Source: a virus (taxonomy: Duplodnaviria; Caudoviricetes). Taken from it: 64,000 nt of DNA. The notes beneath the pieces were generated by a model. It did not search any database, had not been told where the DNA came from, and saw nothing but the letters and a program-made list of their open reading frames with translations. Shown piece after piece: positions 19,385 through 29,020 of the stretch (position 1 is its first letter; the number at the start of each line of letters is the position of its first letter). The stretch is from positions 1,126 through 65,125 of IMG/VR virus record IMGVR_UViG_2541047088_000005, one strand, 5' to 3'. The position numbers and the translations under genes were made by a program.

Positions 19385-19672
19385 CTATAAATTTGATGTG
19401 ATTAGAGTGTCAATTTGTGCCTGCATATTAAGATTGTCCAAGATTAAAGTGTCAACCATTTTCTGTAGTTTTTCAATTTCTGTTTTCTCTGCGATAAGTT
19501 TTACTCCGTCTCTATAAAAATAACCATCTTGGTATGTATCACCAATACTGACAGGAACTGTACCACAAATAACCGCACCAATACTGTATGCAAAGGATTG
19601 GTCAGCTATTATTATATTTTCTACTGTCGTTTTATCCTCCGCCAATATTGCACATCTTAAAGCTAAATCCAT
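19385..19672 (-). CDS. XkdW-like tail-fibre-associated protein
   Basis: Close paralogue of 1335..1628. Confidence 0.55.
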   Translation of the reverse strand: MDLALRCAILAEDKTTVENIIIADQSFAYSIGAVICGTVPVSIGDTYQDGYFYRDGVKLIAEKTEIEKLQKMVDTLILDNLNMQAQIDTLITSNL

Positions 19673-19673
19673 A

Positions 19674-21110
19674 TCAATACCCCCAACGTATAATTACTAT
19701 CCCACTACCACCAGTACCGCCATTTCCTCGAGGACTGCCATATCCTCCGCCACCACCGCCTCCGCCATAACCGCCGCCGCCCGGCCCACCACTAGACATT
19801 ACCAAACCTACAGTTCCAAGACCGCCCTCTGAACCTGAACCAGTTATAAACGCTGAAGCTCCCGGAGCATTACCAGAACCTCCACCAGAATAATTACTTC
19901 CAGAAGTATTTCCGCCGCCTCCGCCAGCACCGCCTCCGGCATGTATACGACCAAAGAAATCCGTTGTAGGTGTTCCTTGTCCTGAACCGTTTACACCTGC
20001 TCCTGAATTACCCCCGGAAGAATAGATAGGATTAATGCCGTTACCTCCATTTGAACCCGCTACCCCGTTGTATGACCAAGTGGTACTTGACAAAATATTC
20101 CCTCCTCCTCCGGCAGAACCGCCATTTGCTCCATTACTAGAAGTTGCACCATTACCACCCGAAGCTGAAGTCAATCCAGTATAAGTACTTGACCCACCAG
20201 ATGAACCAGAAGCACCTCCTGCACCTACGTAAATGGCTATAGGCGTTGAGGGTTTTACCTTAAAGAAAGTTTTGGTGTAACCACCACCACCGCCGCCACC
20301 GCCTGTGTAGGTGCTACCTGAACTGCTACCACCTCCACCGCCACCTACTAGAAATACGTCAACTGTTTGTGGAAGTCTATCAATGAAAGAAAGAGTGCCT
20401 GAAGAATAACATTCTATATAACCTTTTGTAGCTGTTTCTGCAACGATTTTACATGAACCTGTATAATTAACTTCCAGAGGTTTACCACCACTACCACTAC
20501 GAATAAAAAAATTACTACCTACCCTCACAAAACTATAAGGTTTATTAGCTTTCATTACTCCCGTTGTTAATCGTGCACCCTCAGCATCTAAAAGTGGTGT
20601 AGCACCTAAACCGCAAATGTCCAATGTTGGTGATTCACCGCAATCAACATTTGGTATTATTGTTATTGGTAAGCCGTCTTCATATGCTGTTAAGGGGGGA
20701 GTAAGCGTTACTTTATAGTTGGTTGGTGTACTATCACTATCTACTCTACCGCTATAGGGTTGCCTGACATAATCCAACTTATGTGTATCAAGGTCAGTTT
20801 GGTTGGCCTTTGTTCCTATTAGGTTAGTGATAGTAGTTGCAAAGTTTGGGTCAGCTCCCAGAGCATCTGACAGCTCATTTAAAGTGTCGAGAGCAGCCGG
20901 AGCTGATGCAATAAGTTCAGCAATTTTGTCATCTGTATACTGCTTTAAAACTGATTGTGTATTGCTTGCAAGGTTTTGAGCATCCTCAATTCCTTGCTCT
21001 ATATTGTTCATTTTCTCTGCGGTGAACCTAGTCCCTTGCTGTAAAACTTGACCGCTTTCAGGGTCAACAATATGGTCTATCCAAGTAGTTTTTTGGTATA
21101 CTTCAGCCAT
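19674..21110 (-). CDS. Tail fibre (Mu-like phage) with glycine-rich tip
   Basis: Myovirus-type APAALDTLNELSDALGADPNFATT repeat; C-terminal part homologous to the outer phage fibre. Confidence 0.85.
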   Translation of the reverse strand: MAEVYQKTTWIDHIVDPESGQVLQQGTRFTAEKMNNIEQGIEDAQNLASNTQSVLKQYTDDKIAELIASAPAALDTLNELSDALGADPNFATTITNLIGTKANQTDLDTHKLDYVRQPYSGRVDSDSTPTNYKVTLTPPLTAYEDGLPITIIPNVDCGESPTLDICGLGATPLLDAEGARLTTGVMKANKPYSFVRVGSNFFIRSGSGGKPLEVNYTGSCKIVAETATKGYIECYSSGTLSFIDRLPQTVDVFLVGGGGGGSSSGSTYTGGGGGGGGYTKTFFKVKPSTPIAIYVGAGGASGSSGGSSTYTGLTSASGGNGATSSNGANGGSAGGGGNILSSTTWSYNGVAGSNGGNGINPIYSSGGNSGAGVNGSGQGTPTTDFFGRIHAGGGAGGGGGNTSGSNYSGGGSGNAPGASAFITGSGSEGGLGTVGLVMSSGGPGGGGYGGGGGGGGYGSPRGNGGTGGSGIVIIRWGY

Positions 21111-21113
21111 CTG

Positions 21114-21410
21114 TTACACTTCCTTTATCTCAATATTGAATCTTCTCAATAATCCCTTTTCGCTTGGCTTTGTGATTATATCCGCCTTTTCAGCTAATAC
21201 ATTCCCACTTGTTGATATGAGTTTAAAATTGCTGAAGCTTCCACTCACACCTTCTCCAAAATTAAAATATACGCTGATTTTACTACCCTGAACGGTTACA
21301 CTATAGGGAGCAATAATATTTGTCTGTCCGTCAATATCATATTGTCCGTGGTCAATTAAGTTCTTTACTGCTTGAGTTATTTCGCTAATACCTTGACTTG
21401 TAAGCATCAA
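21114..21410 (-). CDS. Hypothetical baseplate-region protein
   Basis: ORF in operon between baseplate and fibre genes. Confidence 0.5.
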   Translation of the reverse strand: MMLTSQGISEITQAVKNLIDHGQYDIDGQTNIIAPYSVTVQGSKISVYFNFGEGVSGSFSNFKLISTSGNVLAEKADIITKPSEKGLLRRFNIEIKEV

Positions 21411-22006
21411 TAATCACCTCCACAAATAAGCACATTACAAATCGGAAATTCATATAAAAAGAAGTCAAACCTACATGATAGGCTTATACTTCCTTCGGTA
21501 CTCAGTCCATAGTTTGGCTTTGCTGATGCTTCCTTTACCTTCATGACTTCGGCATCTATAACATATAAGTCATTAATAGTGCTTGGTGTTTTACTTTGAA
21601 GAAATACAATAAATTCTGCCCATCGAGAGGGGTCTGACAAATACATAGGCTCAATGTAAGATTTCTCATAACCAAGGGCCTTGACTGCCAAAAGTACACC
21701 TTCTTTTGTTCCGGCCTTTTCTGCGATAATGGCTTTCATGGAGAGCCGTGTTCTATAGGTTTCTATGTCTTCACCTTTTAGCCTTGGCATTCCTCGGTCT
21801 TTTCCATGTTCATTGAGCATAAGTTCATTTGCACTTATTATCATTGATTCATCTCTTACCCGAAACAGGTATTCTTTGCAGTCATCAAACAATTTTCCTA
21901 TAACCTTAAAAAATATATAAAATTGATTAGCTGCTTTTAGTCCTTTTCTCAAAGGCGTAAACAATAGGCTGAACATATATTCTCCAAAACTTTCGAACTT
22001 TGCCAT
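21407..22006 (-). CDS. Baseplate wedge/tail protein (P2 I / Mu gp48-like)
   Basis: Follows baseplate J; LNEHGKDRGMPR...ETYRTRL...KAGT. Confidence 0.65.
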   Translation of the reverse strand: MAKFESFGEYMFSLLFTPLRKGLKAANQFYIFFKVIGKLFDDCKEYLFRVRDESMIISANELMLNEHGKDRGMPRLKGEDIETYRTRLSMKAIIAEKAGTKEGVLLAVKALGYEKSYIEPMYLSDPSRWAEFIVFLQSKTPSTINDLYVIDAEVMKVKEASAKPNYGLSTEGSISLSCRFDFFLYEFPICNVLICGGDY

Positions 22007-22010
22007 CACA

Positions 22011-23147
22011 TCACACCCTTTCAACTGTCACGTTTATTTCACCGAGAATAATAACCTTATCATTTTCTAGGAATAAGTCCTCGCTTGGAACTGTTACCTT
22101 GACATTACGGGCAAAGGAGACTTTTCTTTTAATAGCATAAATAATGTCAGCGTGAGTAAGTTCATTAAGGGCTCGGTCTTTACTTATTTTAAGTAGCTGT
22201 GTAACTGCTGCTATGACACTCTCTGAAACGGTATTATCAGTTACAGAGTTTGGTATAGTAACAACCACAGAAACAGGTTGTGCAATGGTTGTAGAACTTT
22301 TTACAAGCACATCATCATAAGTGCCTTTAATTTCATTAACAGCTGTACGGACTTTTGTAAGAAGGCTCTCTGTGGCTTCTCCCGCCGTACCTGTTATGAT
22401 TATATCTACCGTTCCTTGTCCTCGAGGATGCAAATCATTCACCTTGGCAAAGAGTACTCCTGAAATTGATTCGCATACATTTTGATATTTTTCAGCGGTG
22501 GGCCTTGTAGCCAGTTCTGACCATGAGCGGAGAGTACGTTCCCTCAGACTTTCCAAATCCTCAGTATCGCTGCCTTCTTGAGTTATCCAATCTACGTTAT
22601 TTGAAACAGTACAGCCTCCATCCAAATATGTAAGTGACCGGGTTATTTGTCCTTGTGGGACATTATATTTTGTGCCTTCAAGTTCAGCCTCTACAAGAAC
22701 ATTTACCGTGTTGGAACCCTTTTGAAGGACAGTATCCTCGACCACAAAGAATCTAAGTTCTTCACCGTTTACATCCTTGATAGTTTTAAAAACGTGTCCT
22801 TTAGGAATTTTAACGGCGTCAGAACTGTTTCCTCGGGTCACAATTACATAGCCTTGTGTTTTTATAGCTTCTTTCTGTTTTTTACTGAAGTCTGCGGCCT
22901 TTAATTTGAGCCATGTTCCATCTGCATGTGTCACAAACAAATTGTTTAGGATGCTGCGAAGGAGCGTTATGAATTCAACTTTTATCTGTAATGCAATCAT
23001 TAAGAGTGTGTAAAAGATACCTCCCGAGCTAAAGTTTGTTATCACAAAGCCTTCACTTTCAAGCTCGGCAACTTTTTCATCCTTCAGGTCGTTTATGTCC
23101 GGGAGCGGAATAATTTCATCAAGAATTTTTTCGTCAATCAATTTCAA
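22011..23147 (-). CDS. Baseplate J/gp47 protein
   Basis: EAELEGTKYN, GSDTEDLESLRER, PRGQGTVDI. Confidence 0.88.
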   Translation of the reverse strand: MKLIDEKILDEIIPLPDINDLKDEKVAELESEGFVITNFSSGGIFYTLLMIALQIKVEFITLLRSILNNLFVTHADGTWLKLKAADFSKKQKEAIKTQGYVIVTRGNSSDAVKIPKGHVFKTIKDVNGEELRFFVVEDTVLQKGSNTVNVLVEAELEGTKYNVPQGQITRSLTYLDGGCTVSNNVDWITQEGSDTEDLESLRERTLRSWSELATRPTAEKYQNVCESISGVLFAKVNDLHPRGQGTVDIIITGTAGEATESLLTKVRTAVNEIKGTYDDVLVKSSTTIAQPVSVVVTIPNSVTDNTVSESVIAAVTQLLKISKDRALNELTHADIIYAIKRKVSFARNVKVTVPSEDLFLENDKVIILGEINVTVERV

Positions 23148-23550
23148 TCACCTCCACATTCACTCTGTCTACTGTAACGCTAACACTATAGGTAGTTGAG
23201 TCGCCAACAAAGCAAAATGTAACAATAACCTTCAGTGCGTCAGATTCAAAGTTCACTTCTGTTGATACTGTCTCAGCGTCAATTACTTCTCTTTTTTCAA
23301 GCTTTTCTCTTACACGTTCCTTTATTTCGATAATAGTTAAGTCATCTTCTTCACTTTGGAAGAAGTCTACAAGTGACCATCCCCATGTATCATCGTAAAA
23401 AAGTTCTCCTTCCTGCGAAACAGCTTCAAGACGAATATCCTGCATTATACATTCGAACCCAGAAGCAATGGGAGCGTCTCCTGTCGCTGCCTGTGTGAGC
23501 TGCCATGATTCATCAAGTTTTATATCTGTATCATCGAGTCCCGCCATCAA
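23134..23550 (-). CDS. Baseplate wedge initiator (gp25/gp46-like)
   Basis: GELFYDDTWGWSL; upstream of J. Confidence 0.6.
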   Translation of the reverse strand: MMAGLDDTDIKLDESWQLTQAATGDAPIASGFECIMQDIRLEAVSQEGELFYDDTWGWSLVDFFQSEEDDLTIIEIKERVREKLEKREVIDAETVSTEVNFESDALKVIVTFCFVGDSTTYSVSVTVDRVNVEVIEID

Positions 23551-23840
23551 GCCACCTCCCCAAAAATATAAGGATTAAGCTCTCCATATAGAAGTCCGAT
23601 TGCAACATACTTCCCGGAATCAACCTGAAGCTTTGAAAGGACTCCTGGTATTTCAGGATAGCGTTCATCAAATTCACCTGTTTTGCCAATAATCTTGAGA
23701 CTGTATTCAAACCACTCACCTGAAGGAGTTACTTTTGTTATCTTCGCACGAAGCAGAGAGGGGAGCTGCAAATGAGGGTAGGTGTCGGCTATTTGTTTAT
23801 CAATAACACTTTTTATCATTTCCTCAAGCATTGTTTTCAC
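23547..23840 (-). CDS. Baseplate spike-region protein
   Basis: Position; RYPEIPGV, VAIGLLYG. Confidence 0.5.
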   Translation of the reverse strand: MKTMLEEMIKSVIDKQIADTYPHLQLPSLLRAKITKVTPSGEWFEYSLKIIGKTGEFDERYPEIPGVLSKLQVDSGKYVAIGLLYGELNPYIFGEVA

Positions 23841-23842
23841 CC

Positions 23843-24598
23843 CTAAAAGTAGATATATGTTCGAATAAATCCTGCCTCATTTGTTGTAAACACAACCTTT
23901 TTTACTTCAAATTCTCCAGACACTTCAGGGTGTGAAATACTGATTTTCTGTGAGTGTTTGATAAATGGAGCCGATACCGTTTCCAATTCCCACACACCAC
24001 CGGGCCTGTTCAGGGATATAATGTTAGTGCCATATTCAAATGAATAAACCTTTTCTTGTTCTGGTTTTTCGCCCCAATAGAATATACCTCCTGAAAAGAA
24101 AAACTTTTGTGAAATATTCCAAACTGCATTTATTTCTTTCAGAACGGCGATTACACTCTTTTGAAATATAGGAATCCGTGCCTTTGTAGGATAGGAAACA
24201 TTTGAAAGCTTAACATTTGTGACCCCGGCTTTCGAAAGGCAAAATGATATAATTTCCTGCGGTGTTGAATCAAGAAATGTGTTGCTGATTGTGGTCTCCT
24301 CTAGGAAAATCATTTCATCCTTCAGAAGTATTTCGTTAGCGTATGTACCGCTATTATATGACTTTGTGATATATCCTTCAAACACGTCATCAAATACACT
24401 ATTGTATCCTAGCTGAATTAAAGCTTTTTCCTTTGACGAAAGAGAGAGCTTATCCTTGAACTGTTCTGTAAAACGTACTTTTGCCCAATCAAAATAACTA
24501 CTTTGACTTGAATATACCTCAATTTCAATACCTTCAGTAAAACTATATGTTCCAAGTTCAACACTAATTTCAGGGTAAAACAGTTCTGTTGTGTCCAT
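23843..24598 (-). CDS. Baseplate hub (late control D/gp44-like)
   Basis: Position; VFEGYITK. Confidence 0.55.
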   Translation of the reverse strand: MDTTELFYPEISVELGTYSFTEGIEIEVYSSQSSYFDWAKVRFTEQFKDKLSLSSKEKALIQLGYNSVFDDVFEGYITKSYNSGTYANEILLKDEMIFLEETTISNTFLDSTPQEIISFCLSKAGVTNVKLSNVSYPTKARIPIFQKSVIAVLKEINAVWNISQKFFFSGGIFYWGEKPEQEKVYSFEYGTNIISLNRPGGVWELETVSAPFIKHSQKISISHPEVSGEFEVKKVVFTTNEAGFIRTYIYF

Positions 24599-24615
24599 CT
24601 TAGAATCACTTCCTT

Positions 24616-25206
24616 TCAGTATGGCATTTTTGAGAGCCTATTTGTGTAGTTCGCAGTTTTTGCATCATCCACAGCGGGAGTATTTTTGGTTTTTGGAACC
24701 TTGCCTCTGTCATTTTTCAGGTAGTTTTGATATGCAGGGTCAAGGCCGCTTGCTGTTTTGGAGGTACTTTTCTTTTTACTTTTACTTGGTTTTTTTGCTT
24801 TTATAGTAATTGTGTTATAGGCCCAAAACTCCAAGCTTACTACAAGCTGCTGCTTTTTATTTTCTTCTTTAGTTCCAAGGCTTTTAAATATAACCTTTTT
24901 AATACGGCGAGCTGCCAAATGCTCATTGATAATCTCATGGACAACTGGCTTTGTCTGTCCGGCTTTCTTGAAAAGGTTTTGAATTTTATTGAGCTTATCT
25001 CTCTTTGTGGCTTTCGGGCCATCCTCAAGAACAAGCTCTATTGTGATTTTTGCATCCTCATAGCCCGTTGCCTGTTTTACTTTCACCGTGCTACCCTTGA
25101 CCTCCTGTTCGTCAATTAAAGCATCGTCTTTGACCTCAATACTTTTAATGAGGCCGGGGAGGACAACCCCGCTCACTTTTATTGAACTGTCATCAACAAA
25201 TATCAT
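24616..25206 (-). CDS. Tail tube initiator-like protein
   Basis: Directly after the tape measure gene in a contractile tail operon. Confidence 0.5.
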   Translation of the reverse strand: MIFVDDSSIKVSGVVLPGLIKSIEVKDDALIDEQEVKGSTVKVKQATGYEDAKITIELVLEDGPKATKRDKLNKIQNLFKKAGQTKPVVHEIINEHLAARRIKKVIFKSLGTKEENKKQQLVVSLEFWAYNTITIKAKKPSKSKKKSTSKTASGLDPAYQNYLKNDRGKVPKTKNTPAVDDAKTANYTNRLSKMPY

Positions 25207-25209
25207 CGG

Positions 25210-27654
25210 TTATCCCTCCCCCGCAACAATAAGTCCGTTACCGTTTGTAAAATCTTCAATTTCTTTTATAAGCTTCAGGAGCTGCGAAAGCTCTTTTATT
25301 TTAGAAAAGTCCACATTCATAAGAAACTTCTGAATTACAACCTGTCTGTCCTTTTCGGTAGTGGTTTCTGAACTCTCTTTTTCTTTTGTAACTTCTTTGA
25401 GGTCGACCTTCTTTATAGGCTTGCGTTCAGTATCAATCTTCCCGAGGCCCTGTTCAACTGCTTTGTATGGAAGGTTAGAACCCTTATCAATACCTTCAGC
25501 AATAGTCGACATTGTCCTATGTCCTGAAAGTGTCAATTCACTAAGAGGCCCTTCGTGTGCATCTGAAAAGGGAAGTAGCTGTCTGACTTTATGAAATATA
25601 TCTTTAACAGCGTGGTAAGGTTTCATTGCAGCCCCTTTGATTCCTTCAACAAGTGTGTCTATGATTTTCCCACCACTTTGCTTAAACCATTCAGGAACAC
25701 CCATAAAGAAGTTTTTAATGGCATTAATACCATTTACAAAGCCCTCTTTGATTCGAGCCCACATATCAGTAAAGAAGGTAACTATGGAATTCCAATGAGT
25801 AATTATAAGCAGCGGTATTCCGATAAATGGCATAAATGCTGCTATTGCAATTTGTAACCATATTGGCATACCCGAGAATAGGTTTTTTATCCAATCAAAC
25901 CCGGACTTGATACCGCTTACAAACTCGTTCCATACACCCTGAATCCAAGAGACCACCGAATCCCAATTTTGCCAGAGCAGAATAATTGCGGCAATCAAAG
26001 CAACAATACCAACAACCACCCATGTGATAGGGTTTGCAATCAAGGCCGCTGTGAAGCTCCATACTGAAGCAATAAGTCCGGGCATTGCTGTTACTGCTGT
26101 TGTAATTGCCTGCCTTGCCATTCCAACAAGGCCAACAACCATATTTTTCAATGCTGTGGCTCCGTTAATTACTGCGGTCTTTGCCATAGTTCCAATACTT
26201 ACAGCAACATTTTTAATTCCCGTTACTGCTGTTGAAGCAAAGGTCTTTACTGCACTGAAGCCTTTTTTTAATCCATCCCCTGCGTAAAGAGCTTTTATAT
26301 ATATTGTGTCAAATAACCCCGGAAGTGCTTTTAAAGCTATACGCATACCATTTATAAGTCCTGCCGTTTTAGTAAATACAAGTCCCACGCCTCCAACAAC
26401 TGCTATTGTCGTTCCTGCTACTGTTAAAAATGCTCCTATTGCAATCACTATGAGCATGATAACCTTGACAAGTTCCTGATTGTTTTTGACCCATTCACTA
26501 AACTTCGTCAGGATTTCCGAACCCTTGCCTAGCATCTCGTTAAAGGTAGGAAGTAGGCTTTTACCGATTTCTTCCGCTATGTTGTGGAGCTTTTGCTGTA
26601 ATACCTCATATTTTTCTCCCTCCGGCTGATTAATTGCGTTTGCCATATCTTTAGCAACACCTATGCCTTGGCCCATACTACTGTATAATGATAATATGTT
26701 TGACTGGAGGTCTCCCGTTTTTGTGTAAAGTAAATCTATCAAGCTAACGGCTTCATCAGTTCCAAATGCTTTTGTCAACTTCATTTTCTCTGCCGCATCC
26801 ATCGTCTCTCCGAATTTGCCCCTCAAGAGTGCAAGTATCTGAGGCATTGACAAAAGCTGATTATTGGTATCAGTAAATTTTAGTCCTAATTCTTGCCCAG
26901 CTTTTGCTGCTGTTTGTAGGAAAGCCCTATATTTTGTCCCTGCCTCACTCCCGCTCATTGTGGCTTGAAGCATTCCGAGGATGGAAAGTTGCTCTTCCAT
27001 CGGCACTTTTGCACTTGTTGCAGCTGCACCCATCGTCTGTATTGCTTGAGCCATTCCCGAGCCTGTCGTTTTAAAAGCCTGCACCGATTTAGATATCCCG
27101 GCAGAGAACATCTCACCGAAGTCTGTGTCGCTAATATTTTTGTAAAAGTCTTTATAAATTCCATATCCAGTCGCAAAAAGGCTTGTCATTTCAGCAATGC
27201 TTGACTTTGTGCCTTTAGCAGTAATACCAGCAATTTCGGTAAATTTGGCAACTGATTCGTCCGACAGTGAAGATATTCCAGATTTTATATCATAAGCTGC
27301 CGTTATAAAGTCTGCTTTTGTATTACCCGCCCAAGTATTCGAAAAATCTGTTGCCGCATTCTCAAGGGCTTTTAGGTTTTTGACTCCGAGAGAAGCCAAT
27401 TCTCCAAGGGCTCGACGTGTCTCAAATGTTGCCTCAACTGGGGATAAAGCTGCATCAGATATTTGAGCACCAATGCCCGCCATAACTGCTCCTGCTTTTG
27501 TTACATCACCAAAAGTCTGCTGCATTCCTTGAAGCTTTGATACAGAGCCTTCAGTTACTGACTGAACTCTTGCCATAGGGCTCGTCAGATTGTCGACCAT
27601 ATTCATAATAAGAGATAATTTAAATACCGATTCTAAGCTCACACTATTGCTCAC
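25210..27654 (-). CDS. Tape measure protein (Mu-like phage)
   Basis: GSEAGTKYR, ANPITWVVVGIVALIAA, LPFSDAHEGPLS. Confidence 0.9.
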   Translation of the reverse strand: MSNSVSLESVFKLSLIMNMVDNLTSPMARVQSVTEGSVSKLQGMQQTFGDVTKAGAVMAGIGAQISDAALSPVEATFETRRALGELASLGVKNLKALENAATDFSNTWAGNTKADFITAAYDIKSGISSLSDESVAKFTEIAGITAKGTKSSIAEMTSLFATGYGIYKDFYKNISDTDFGEMFSAGISKSVQAFKTTGSGMAQAIQTMGAAATSAKVPMEEQLSILGMLQATMSGSEAGTKYRAFLQTAAKAGQELGLKFTDTNNQLLSMPQILALLRGKFGETMDAAEKMKLTKAFGTDEAVSLIDLLYTKTGDLQSNILSLYSSMGQGIGVAKDMANAINQPEGEKYEVLQQKLHNIAEEIGKSLLPTFNEMLGKGSEILTKFSEWVKNNQELVKVIMLIVIAIGAFLTVAGTTIAVVGGVGLVFTKTAGLINGMRIALKALPGLFDTIYIKALYAGDGLKKGFSAVKTFASTAVTGIKNVAVSIGTMAKTAVINGATALKNMVVGLVGMARQAITTAVTAMPGLIASVWSFTAALIANPITWVVVGIVALIAAIILLWQNWDSVVSWIQGVWNEFVSGIKSGFDWIKNLFSGMPIWLQIAIAAFMPFIGIPLLIITHWNSIVTFFTDMWARIKEGFVNGINAIKNFFMGVPEWFKQSGGKIIDTLVEGIKGAAMKPYHAVKDIFHKVRQLLPFSDAHEGPLSELTLSGHRTMSTIAEGIDKGSNLPYKAVEQGLGKIDTERKPIKKVDLKEVTKEKESSETTTEKDRQVVIQKFLMNVDFSKIKELSQLLKLIKEIEDFTNGNGLIVAGEG

Positions 27655-27695
27655 CTCGTTTCTAATTGGTATAATAAGTCAGAGGAGGGATTATC

Positions 27696-27935
27696 TTGAC
27701 ACTGATATTTGTTATGTTAAAGGTCTTGGTATTTGCCTTATGTGCCGGAGCTATTGTCTCCGTAGTAATTCTTATTCCAACATTTTTATATACGATTCCA
27801 TATACCTTATGGGTAGGTCGTGAAAACACAATGGGTAGGCATAAAGACAAATCAAAAGAAAGTATTTTTCGAGCCGCTCGGAATGCAACTAAACTGTATA
27901 AATCATGGATTACCAGACAGAAACCGACCTTTTAA
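27696..27935 (+). CDS. Antisense moron, small membrane protein
   Basis: TATAAT at 27670, GGAGG RBS, TTG start, N-terminal hydrophobic helix, hairpin terminator at 27921-27952. Confidence 0.65.
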   Translation: MTLIFVMLKVLVFALCAGAIVSVVILIPTFLYTIPYTLWVGRENTMGRHKDKSKESIFRAARNATKLYKSWITRQKPTF

Positions 27936-27950
27936 AAGAGGTTGGTTTTT

Positions 27951-28175
27951 TTAATCCGAGAATACTTTTGAGATTGCCCTTGCAACAATGTCCTCCTCAA
28001 TTTCTTCAATATACCTCGCCCGAGCAAGGAGCCTGATAAAATCCTCTAAATCAAGCTTCCCTATATCATCCGGCAGAAGAGCAGGGGGGACGAATCTATG
28101 AATCTCAAGTGATGCCGCTTCTATAAAATCTGTCCTCACCCTCCCGAGCTGCTCTTCTACAGCTTCATTAAATTT
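27951..28175 (-). CDS. Probable -1 frame extension of tail assembly chaperone (includes ORF 27951..28139)
   Basis: -1 frame is open from slippery AAATTTA (28169-28175) through KFNEAVEEQLGRVRTDF... Confidence 0.6.
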   Translation of the reverse strand, partial: KFNEAVEEQLGRVRTDFIEAASLEIHRFVPPALLPDDIGKLDLEDFIRLLARARYIEEIEEDIVARAISKVFSD

Positions 28176-28531
28176 GCACTTTTAGATAATCCGAGCATGG
28201 AGAGAAGTTTCTCACCCGCACTTAAAGTAAGAGCCGGATATTCTTCAAGGTCAGCCTCTAATTTGTCACGGTGTTCAGGAATGATATTATCAAACATAAA
28301 GGTTTTGAGTGCCTTGGTCATGCCATTGGATGATGTCTTGACATAACGGTCATAGCTTGCAGTAGTTGGCTTTATAAAGATATACGATTTTTCAATCTCT
28401 GTATTATCGTCAGGGTTCAGTGTCAAATCGAGCTTATACACCTTTCCGTGTTTTGCCTTCAGTTCATCAACATTGGGAGTAGAAGAGCTACTTTCAACTC
28501 CAGTATTATTCTTAATTGTCTTGTCATCCAT
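28157..28531 (-). CDS. Tail assembly chaperone (Mu-like)
   Basis: ELKAKHGKVY motif; between tube and tape measure. Confidence 0.7.
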   Translation of the reverse strand: MDDKTIKNNTGVESSSSTPNVDELKAKHGKVYKLDLTLNPDDNTEIEKSYIFIKPTTASYDRYVKTSSNGMTKALKTFMFDNIIPEHRDKLEADLEEYPALTLSAGEKLLSMLGLSKSANLMKL

Positions 28532-28571
28532 AAAAAAATCCTCCTATTGAATTTGACATTTATTTTGAGAT

Positions 28572-29006
28572 TTATAATGCAGCAACGCCGTCGCTTTCGA
28601 TTCCTCCAACTATAAGAATATCAAGGTCTATTTTCAAGCTCTTGTCCCCTTGAGCTGCCTTATTACTTCTCTTAGTAAAAGTGACAGTTTTAAGTACATC
28701 GCTTCTTGTACGGTCTCCATCATTTGCATATGACACTATAATCATGGGGATTACAAGCTTGAAAATTGGGGTCTTTTTGCTTTTACAATAATCAAGCAGA
28801 GCATCATAATCATCACGGAGCATACTGAGCTTGCCTTCTGCCTTGTAATTACCTTCGCCATAACCTCTCGGTTTTTGGCCTTTACCATATGCAAGTTCTT
28901 TTTCAAGCTCGTCATCATATGAAATTTCTTGAACTTCAAGAGAAAGACCGGGGAGCTTGACATCGACATCGCCCCAATCATACGCTTTTCCATTTACTTT
29001 TAACAT
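28572..29006 (-). CDS. Tail tube protein
   Basis: VNGKAYDWGD...GYGEGNY; follows sheath. Confidence 0.75.
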   Translation of the reverse strand: MLKVNGKAYDWGDVDVKLPGLSLEVQEISYDDELEKELAYGKGQKPRGYGEGNYKAEGKLSMLRDDYDALLDYCKSKKTPIFKLVIPMIIVSYANDGDRTRSDVLKTVTFTKRSNKAAQGDKSLKIDLDILIVGGIESDGVAAL

Positions 29007-29020
29007 TGTTCAGCCTCCTT

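Noticed and set aside
1640-21110. Diversity-generating retroelement (two similar fibre tips as template and variable repeats)
   Set aside because: No reverse transcriptase or Avd gene in the window; differences include C/T synonymous changes across 1.5 kb rather than adenine-only changes; both copies are full genes
18744-21110. Mu G-segment-like invertible fibre cassette
   Set aside because: No invertase gene nearby, no oppositely oriented second fibre, and no gix-like pair flanking the fibre
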